Shown: positions 58,276-63,769 of the stretch, one piece after another | How positions within the stretch are numbered: the first letter of the stretch is position 1 | Layout of the letters: each line of letters begins with the position of its first letter | Assembly (NCBI GenBank): GCA_035691925.1 | Contig: DASSIL010000164.1 | Span: forward strand, 1 to 63,769 | Direction: 5' to 3' | DNA length: 63,769 nucleotides | Source: Gemmatimonadales bacterium | GTDB lineage: Bacteria > Gemmatimonadota > Gemmatimonadetes > Gemmatimonadales > GWC2-71-9 | Notes under the pieces: generated by a model | Told to the model about the DNA's origin: nothing | Database searches by the model: none | Seen by the model: only the letters and a program-made list of their open reading frames with translations | Translations under genes and position numbers: made by a program

Positions 58276-59356
58276 CCCGCGCCCGGCACGGCACGCCGGC
58301 GTAGCGGCGCTGCTCGCGGCCGAAGGGCTCGACGCGCTGCTCGTCACGTCGCTGCCCAATATCCGCTACCTGACGGGATTCAGCGGATCGGCAGGGCTGC
58401 TGCTCGCGACCGCCGGCGATCTGTTGCTCGTCACCGACTTCCGCTACCAGGAGCAGGCGGAAGCCGAGGTGGGTGGCGCGGCACGCGTCGTTGTCGAGCG
58501 CACCAGCGCCTGGGAGCGGTTGATCCGCGAGGCGGGCGGCGTTCGGCTCGGGACGATCGGGTACGAAGCGCACGCGCTCTCGGCGAAGGACGCGGAGCGG
58601 CTGGGCGTGCTCGGCAAGGGCTGGCATTGGCAGGCGGCACCCGAGCTGGTCGAGCGGTTGCGGGTGCGCAAGAGCGCCGCCGAAGTTGCAGCCGTGCGCG
58701 CCGCGGCCCAGCTCGCCGGCGCGGCGCTCGCGGCGACGCTCGCTGAGGTGCGCGTCGGTCAGAGCGAGCGCGAGATCGCCGGAACGCTCGAGGCGGCATT
58801 GCGGCGGTTGGGGAGCGAACACCACCCCTTTCCGACGATCGTCGCGTCGGGGCCCCGCACGGCATGGCCGCACGCGCGCACCAGCGGCCGCGCGGTGGCG
58901 CGCGGCGAATGGCTGCTGCTAGACTTCGGCGCCCAGGTGGACGGGTACTGCGCCGACATCACGCGCACCGTGCTGGTCGGTGCGCGCGCCAGCGACGCGC
59001 AGCGCACGTTGTACGAGCTGGTGCGCACCGCCCAGCGCACCGCGCGCGAGCGCATCCGGGCGGGGATGCCGGCCCGTGAGGCCGATGCGCTGGCGCGCGA
59101 CCTCATCGAGGCGCGCGGCTTCGGCGATGCGTTCGGCCACTCGCTGGGGCATGGTCTGGGACTCGAGGTGCACGAGGCGCCCCGGCTCGCTCGCACCAAC
59201 GCCGAGCCGCTGCCGGTAGATGCGGTCGTGACCATCGAGCCGGGGATCTATCTCGCCGGGCAGGGCGGGGTGCGGCTGGAAGACGACGTGCATCTGGCCG
59301 CGGATGGTCCGGTCTTGCTGTCGGACGGCGCCACCGACCTGCTGGAATTGTGCTGA
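58265..59356 (+). CDS. pepP: Xaa-Pro aminopeptidase (M24B family)
   Basis: There is a Creatinase_N-like N-domain (LLVTSLPNIRYLTGF). The M24 metal ligands are DFGA..DGYCADITRT, GHSLGHGLGLEVHE and TIEPG.Y....GGVRLED. Confidence 0.88.
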   Translation: MTADPRPARHAGVAALLAAEGLDALLVTSLPNIRYLTGFSGSAGLLLATAGDLLLVTDFRYQEQAEAEVGGAARVVVERTSAWERLIREAGGVRLGTIGYEAHALSAKDAERLGVLGKGWHWQAAPELVERLRVRKSAAEVAAVRAAAQLAGAALAATLAEVRVGQSEREIAGTLEAALRRLGSEHHPFPTIVASGPRTAWPHARTSGRAVARGEWLLLDFGAQVDGYCADITRTVLVGARASDAQRTLYELVRTAQRTARERIRAGMPAREADALARDLIEARGFGDAFGHSLGHGLGLEVHEAPRLARTNAEPLPVDAVVTIEPGIYLAGQGGVRLEDDVHLAADGPVLLSDGATDLLELC

Positions 59357-59435
59357 GCGCCCGGCTCCTCCGGGTGCGGATTGACGGACCTGTTCCCGGG
59401 GTGGTCTATTTGGACTCTCTGCGGCGACCGATGAC

Positions 59436-59921
59436 ATGAACCTGGATCTCATTGGGCAGCTGGTCAAAATCCTGCACGATTCCCCCGAACTCGGCGCGAT
59501 CGAGGTGCGCCGGGGGCTGTTCGGGTTGTGGGCGTCGGTGCGGGTGTCCAAGGCAGGCCATGGGGCCGGCAATGCGTCGGCCCCGGTGGTCGTGACGTCG
59601 GCCGCTCCCATGGCGGCGGTTCCTGCGGGAGCCGCGGGCGCTGCCGCAGCGGCGCACGCCGCCCCTGTGGGACCCGCGTTGCTCGAGATCAAGTCACCGA
59701 TGGTCGGCACATTCTACAAGTCGCCCGAGCCGGGCGCCGAGCCGTATGTGAAGAACGGTACGCGTGTGGCGCCGGGTCAGGTGGTCTGCATCATCGAAGC
59801 GATGAAGATCATGAACGAGATCGAGTCGGAAGTGCAGGGTGTCATTCGGGAGGTGTGCGTGGAGAACGCACAGCCAGTGGAGTTCGGACAGGTCCTTTTC
59901 CGGGTGGATCCCCATGCCTGA
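59436..59921 (+). CDS. accB: Acetyl-CoA carboxylase biotin carboxyl carrier protein
   Basis: 161 aa. An Ala/Pro linker precedes the biotinyl domain, with SPMVGTFY and the biotinylation motif [13 protein letters not shown]. Confidence 0.93.
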   Translation: MNLDLIGQLVKILHDSPELGAIEVRRGLFGLWASVRVSKAGHGAGNASAPVVVTSAAPMAAVPAGAAGAAAAAHAAPVGPALLEIKSPMVGTFYKSPEPGAEPYVKNGTRVAPGQVVCIIEAMKIMNEIESEVQGVIREVCVENAQPVEFGQVLFRVDPHA

Positions 59922-61080
59922 GGCGCCACAGGGCAATCCGCCGCCGTTCAACTTCAAGGCGGCGATCACACAGATGGTGCAGCGCAACGGGTCGGACTTG
60001 CTGCTCAAGGTCGGCCGGCCGGCGACCGTCCGGGTCAATGGCGATCTCGTGGCGCTGGAAACGCAGCCGCTGAAGCCCGAGGAGCTGAAATCGCTGGCCG
60101 AGCAGATCATGACACCGCGGCAGGTGAAGGAGTTCGCCGAGCACAAGGAGGCGGACTTCGCCATCGGCGTGCCGGGCGTGGGGCGGTTCCGGACCAATGT
60201 CTATCAGCAGCGCGGCACCGTGGCGTTCGCGTTCCGGGCCATTCCCTATGAAGTGAAGACGGTCCAGGACCTGTCCCTGCCGCCGGTGCTCGAGGAGATC
60301 GCGCTGAAGCCCCGCGGCCTGGTGCTGGTGACGGGCGTGACCGGGTCGGGGAAGTCCACGGCGCTCGCCGCGATGATCAACCACATCAATACGAACCGGC
60401 GCGTCAACATCATCACGATCGAGGATCCCATCGAGTTTCTGCACCGCGACAATCTCGCGAACATCTCCCAGCGCGAGGTGGGGAACGACACACTGTCGTT
60501 CAACGCGGCGTTGCGTCACGTGCTGCGGCAGGCGCCCGACGTGATCCTGATCGGCGAGATTCGCGACATGGAAACGCTCGACACCGCGCTCAAGGCGGCG
60601 GACACCGGGCATCTCGTCTTCTCGACGCTGCATACCACCGACGCGACGCAGACGATCACGCGCGTGATCTCGTTCTTCCCGCCCCATCAGCACGATGAGA
60701 TCCGCCACCTGCTGTCCACCGCGCTCCAGACGATCGTGTCGCTGCGTCTGGTGCCGCGCAAGGACGGCAACGGGCGCGTGCCCGCGGCGGAAGTGCTGAT
60801 CAACACGGCCGCGGTCCAGGAGAACATGCGCGACCTCACGAAGTCGCTCAGCATCCCCGATCTGATCGCGCAGGGGTCGGTGCAATACGGGATGCAGAGC
60901 TTCGACCAGTCCCTGATGTACTGGTACCAGCAGGGGATGGTCAGCTACGAGAGCGCGATCTTTTACGCCACGAATCCGAGCGAGTTCGCCCTGAAGGTCT
61001 CGGGCGTGGACTCGGGCGAGAGCCAGGCGTTCGGCGGCAGCACGGCGGCGGCCGGCATGCGCGACGACATCACGCCCTGA
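59914..61080 (+). CDS. pilT: Type IV pilus retraction ATPase PilT/PilU family
   Basis: ATG 59914 overlaps accB by 8 nt. [10 protein letters not shown]...R..G, Walker [24 protein letters not shown], Walker [11 protein letters not shown] and [10 protein letters not shown] match PilT/PilU. Confidence 0.88.
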   Translation: MPEAPQGNPPPFNFKAAITQMVQRNGSDLLLKVGRPATVRVNGDLVALETQPLKPEELKSLAEQIMTPRQVKEFAEHKEADFAIGVPGVGRFRTNVYQQRGTVAFAFRAIPYEVKTVQDLSLPPVLEEIALKPRGLVLVTGVTGSGKSTALAAMINHINTNRRVNIITIEDPIEFLHRDNLANISQREVGNDTLSFNAALRHVLRQAPDVILIGEIRDMETLDTALKAADTGHLVFSTLHTTDATQTITRVISFFPPHQHDEIRHLLSTALQTIVSLRLVPRKDGNGRVPAAEVLINTAAVQENMRDLTKSLSIPDLIAQGSVQYGMQSFDQSLMYWYQQGMVSYESAIFYATNPSEFALKVSGVDSGESQAFGGSTAAAGMRDDITP

Positions 61081-62438
61081 TGTTCAAGAAGGTACTGGTC
61101 GCCAACCGCGGGGAGATCGCCCTGCGGGTGATCCGCGCGTGCAAGGAGCTGGACATCTCGACGGTCGCCGTCTATTCGGACGCCGACCGGGACAGCCTGC
61201 ACACGCGGTTCGCCGACGACGACGTGTGCATCGGGCGCGCGCCGTCGCGCGACAGCTACCTGAACATCCCGCGTATCATCGCGGCGGCGGAGATCACGGG
61301 GGCGGACGCGATCCATCCCGGATACGGCTTCCTGGCCGAGAACGCCGAGTTCGCGGACATCGTCCGCACCTCGAACATCACGTTCATAGGGCCGACGGGC
61401 GACCAGATCCGGCAGATGGGCGACAAAGCCGCGGCGCGCAAGCTGGCGCAGAAGCTCAAGGTCCCCACGGTGCCGGGATCGCCGGGCCCGGTGGACGACG
61501 CGGATGCGGGCCTCAAGATCGCCCAGAAGATCGGCTTCCCGGTGATCATCAAAGCCGCGGCCGGCGGGGGCGGGAAGGGGATGCGCGTGGCACAGGACGA
61601 GGAGCAGTTCGCGCAGAGCTTCTCGCTCGCCAAGCAGGAGGCGCTGGCGGCGTTCGGGTCGGACGGCGTGTACCTGGAGAAGTACCTCGCCCGCCCCCGC
61701 CACATCGAGATTCAGATCATGGGCGACACGCACGGGCGGGTGATGCACCTGTGCGAGCGCGACTGCTCGGTCCAGCGCCGGCACCAGAAGCTGATCGAGG
61801 AGGCGCCGAGCCCCGCCGTGGACAGCACGTTGCGCCAGGACATCGGCGACGCGGCCGTGCGCCTCGCGGAATCCATCGGCTATGTCGGCGCGGGCACGAT
61901 CGAGTTCCTGCTCGACGAGGACGGCTCGTTTTATTTCATGGAGATGAACACCCGGATCCAGGTGGAGCACCCCGTGACCGAGATGTGCACCAATTTCGAT
62001 CTCGTAAAGGAGCAGATCCGGGTGGCCGCGGGGGAGCCATTGTCGTTCGTGATGAACGGCAACCGGCTGCGCGGTCATGCGATCGAATGTCGCGTGAACG
62101 CCGAAGACCCGTCCCGCAACTTCCAGCCGAGCCCCGGCACCATCACGGTGTACCATCCGCCGGGCGGCCCCGGTGTCCGGGTCGACACGCACATCTACGC
62201 CGGGTACACGGTGCCGCCGTACTACGACTCGCTGCTCGCCAAGCTCATCGTCCACGGCAACAACCGCGCCGAGGCCCTGGCCCGCATGCGGCAGGCGCTC
62301 GACTCGTTTATCATTGAAGGCGTGACCACGACCATCCCCTTTCTCAGTCGGGTCATGCGCCACCCCGATTTCGTCGCGGGCCGGGTGGATACGAAGTTCC
62401 TCGAGCGCGAGCCCCAGCTGCTGCAGCCACCGACATGA
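61080..62438 (+). CDS. accC: Acetyl-CoA carboxylase biotin carboxylase subunit
   Basis: [53 protein letters not shown] and ECRVNAEDP match AccC. The junction with pilT is TGATG. Confidence 0.96.
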   Translation: MFKKVLVANRGEIALRVIRACKELDISTVAVYSDADRDSLHTRFADDDVCIGRAPSRDSYLNIPRIIAAAEITGADAIHPGYGFLAENAEFADIVRTSNITFIGPTGDQIRQMGDKAAARKLAQKLKVPTVPGSPGPVDDADAGLKIAQKIGFPVIIKAAAGGGGKGMRVAQDEEQFAQSFSLAKQEALAAFGSDGVYLEKYLARPRHIEIQIMGDTHGRVMHLCERDCSVQRRHQKLIEEAPSPAVDSTLRQDIGDAAVRLAESIGYVGAGTIEFLLDEDGSFYFMEMNTRIQVEHPVTEMCTNFDLVKEQIRVAAGEPLSFVMNGNRLRGHAIECRVNAEDPSRNFQPSPGTITVYHPPGGPGVRVDTHIYAGYTVPPYYDSLLAKLIVHGNNRAEALARMRQALDSFIIEGVTTTIPFLSRVMRHPDFVAGRVDTKFLEREPQLLQPPT

Positions 62439-63154
62439 AGATCGACGTCCACTTCACGCCGCTCGGTCTCGCCCCCGGGGATCTAACCGGCCGGGGCGTC
62501 GTCGTGATCGACGTGCTCCGCGCCACCACGACGGTCATCACGGCGATCGCGAACGGCGCCAAGGCGGTGATCCCCGCCGCCACCTCCGAAGAAGCGGTGC
62601 GGCTCGCGTCCAACCTCGAGAAGGACGGGGTGCTGCTCGCCGGGGAGCGCAAGAGCGTAAAGATCGAGGGGTTCGCGCTGGGCAACTCGCCGCGCGAGAT
62701 GACGACCGCCGCCGTGGCGGGCAAGACGGTCGTGCTCGCCACCACCAACGGCACGCCGGCCCTGGTCGCGGCCCAAGGGGGTGACCCGGTGCTCGTGGGC
62801 GCCCCCGCGAACTTCAAGGCCCTGGCGGCGCGGGCGCGGGCGATCCTGGCGGAGCGGGGCGACCTGGTCATCGTGTGCGCGGGCCGGGAGAAGCAGTTCG
62901 CGGGCGAGGACGCCTATACCGCCGGGCGGCTCATCAAGGCCGTGAGGCGGGGTCTCAAGAAGGTCGGGCTCAACGACGCCGCCCGCGCGGCCGTCGCCCT
63001 CACCGGCGAGTTGGCGGGGTGGTCCGAGGCGCTCGAGCAGTCCGAGGCCGCCCGGCAGCTCGCCGAGGTCGACCTCGAGGCCGATGTCGCGTTCGCCGCC
63101 CGAGCGGACCGCTTCCCGGTCGTCCCCACGTACGCGGACCGCCGTATCACATGA
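62435..63154 (+). CDS. comB: 2-phosphosulfolactate phosphatase (ComB) family protein
   Basis: ATGA overlap with acc[13 protein letters not shown]...A..NGA, GER.......F.LGNSP and ATTNGT match the ComB family pattern. Confidence 0.75.
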   Translation: MKIDVHFTPLGLAPGDLTGRGVVVIDVLRATTTVITAIANGAKAVIPAATSEEAVRLASNLEKDGVLLAGERKSVKIEGFALGNSPREMTTAAVAGKTVVLATTNGTPALVAAQGGDPVLVGAPANFKALAARARAILAERGDLVIVCAGREKQFAGEDAYTAGRLIKAVRRGLKKVGLNDAARAAVALTGELAGWSEALEQSEAARQLAEVDLEADVAFAARADRFPVVPTYADRRIT

Positions 63155-63769
63155 AGGCGAAGGTGCGCCAGGAGCTGGTCGGGATCGGCGCGCTCGCGGT
63201 CGGCCTGTTTCTCGGATTCACCCTGCTGCGGCTGCCGATCACCGGAAGCTGGGGCGACCGGATCGGTTCGCTCCTGTGGCGCGTGCTCGGCATCGGGTCG
63301 GTGCTGCTACCGCTGCTTGGCATCGGGTGGGCGCTCGCGGCGTTCGAGCGCCTGGGAACCCTGTCGGCGGCGCGGGCGGCGGCGCTCGGCGCGGGCCTGG
63401 TCGTCCTCCTCCCGTATGGGATCGGCACCGTGACCGGGGCGACATTCCCCGCGGACTACACCGCGTGGGGCCCGACCGAGAAACTGGTGGGGCTCGTGCC
63501 CGCGTGGCTCGCGCACGGTGTACACCAGGCGATCGGGACCGCGGGTGGCACGCTGGTCGGCCTGTTCGCCCTCTCGGCCCTCGGCTTGCTGACCGTCGGG
63601 TGGCATCCGCTGGTGGTGCTGAGAAACGGGAGCGGGGACCGCGGAGCCGTCCCCCCCGCGCCTGGCAAACCGCCGAAGCGCGAGGTCGGGAAGGCCATAC
63701 TCGTCGAAGCGGACGCCGCCGGGGACCGGAAAGAACCACCAACTCCCTTCCGCGGCCCGAAGCCGCGCA
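63151..63769 (+). CDS. ftsK: DNA translocase FtsK/SpoIIIE, N-terminal membrane domain (3' end outside window)
   Basis: ATG 63151 sits in an ATGA overlap. Frame 1 is open to the window end. ELVGIGALAVGLFLGFTLL...GSLLWRVLGIGSVLLPLLGIGWAL gives four or five TM segments typical of the FtsK N-terminus, followed by a Pro-rich linker. The ATPase domain is not visible, so the call is provisional. Confidence 0.55.
   Translation, partial: MKAKVRQELVGIGALAVGLFLGFTLLRLPITGSWGDRIGSLLWRVLGIGSVLLPLLGIGWALAAFERLGTLSAARAAALGAGLVVLLPYGIGTVTGATFPADYTAWGPTEKLVGLVPAWLAHGVHQAIGTAGGTLVGLFALSALGLLTVGWHPLVVLRNGSGDRGAVPPAPGKPPKREVGKAILVEADAAGDRKEPPTPFRGPKPR

Overview
This is a very GC-rich (strong GC3 bias), densely packed chromosomal segment. 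The gene content (LptD_2-type OMP, Tol-Pal, PilT, many TPR proteins) suggests a Gemmatimonadota-like diderm; this taxonomic guess is inference only. About 60 real genes are supportable, and all but two (rpmB, ppiD) lie on the + strand. Many are joined by ATGA/GTGA/TTGA stop-start overlaps. In order, the content is:
- pyrD-pyrF
- the rpmJ-rpsM-rpsK-rpsD-rpoA-rplQ block
- a roughly 13 kb nucleotide-sugar supply cluster (gmd, rmd-like, a WbpD/E/B/A-like module, ugd, uxs, epimerase) interrupted by carB-murB
- bamD, nadD, secA, radC, relA/spoT, uvrB, tsaE-tsaB-rimI, ssb
- a LysM protein and a complete tolQRA-tolB-pal-cpoB cluster
- a 1195-aa ORF in which TatC runs in frame into an LptD-like outer-membrane barrel
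- hutHUI, two large TPR proteins, a polyprenyl synthase, tatA, ppiD
- aroQ-pepP-accB-pilT-accC, comB and the 5' end of ftsK

I saw no tRNA/rRNA, CRISPR array, transposase/integrase or recognisable defence system, so this looks like core genome rather than an accessory island. The most interesting items are:
- the TatC-LptD in-frame fusion, which could also be an assembly indel
- two genes (pyrD, hutI) whose conserved N-termini can only be encoded from CTG codons inside CTGA overlaps
- a pilT ATPase wedged between accB and accC
- a perfect consensus promoter with an embedded palindrome upstream of ssb

All family calls rest on motif recognition by eye. No searches were run.
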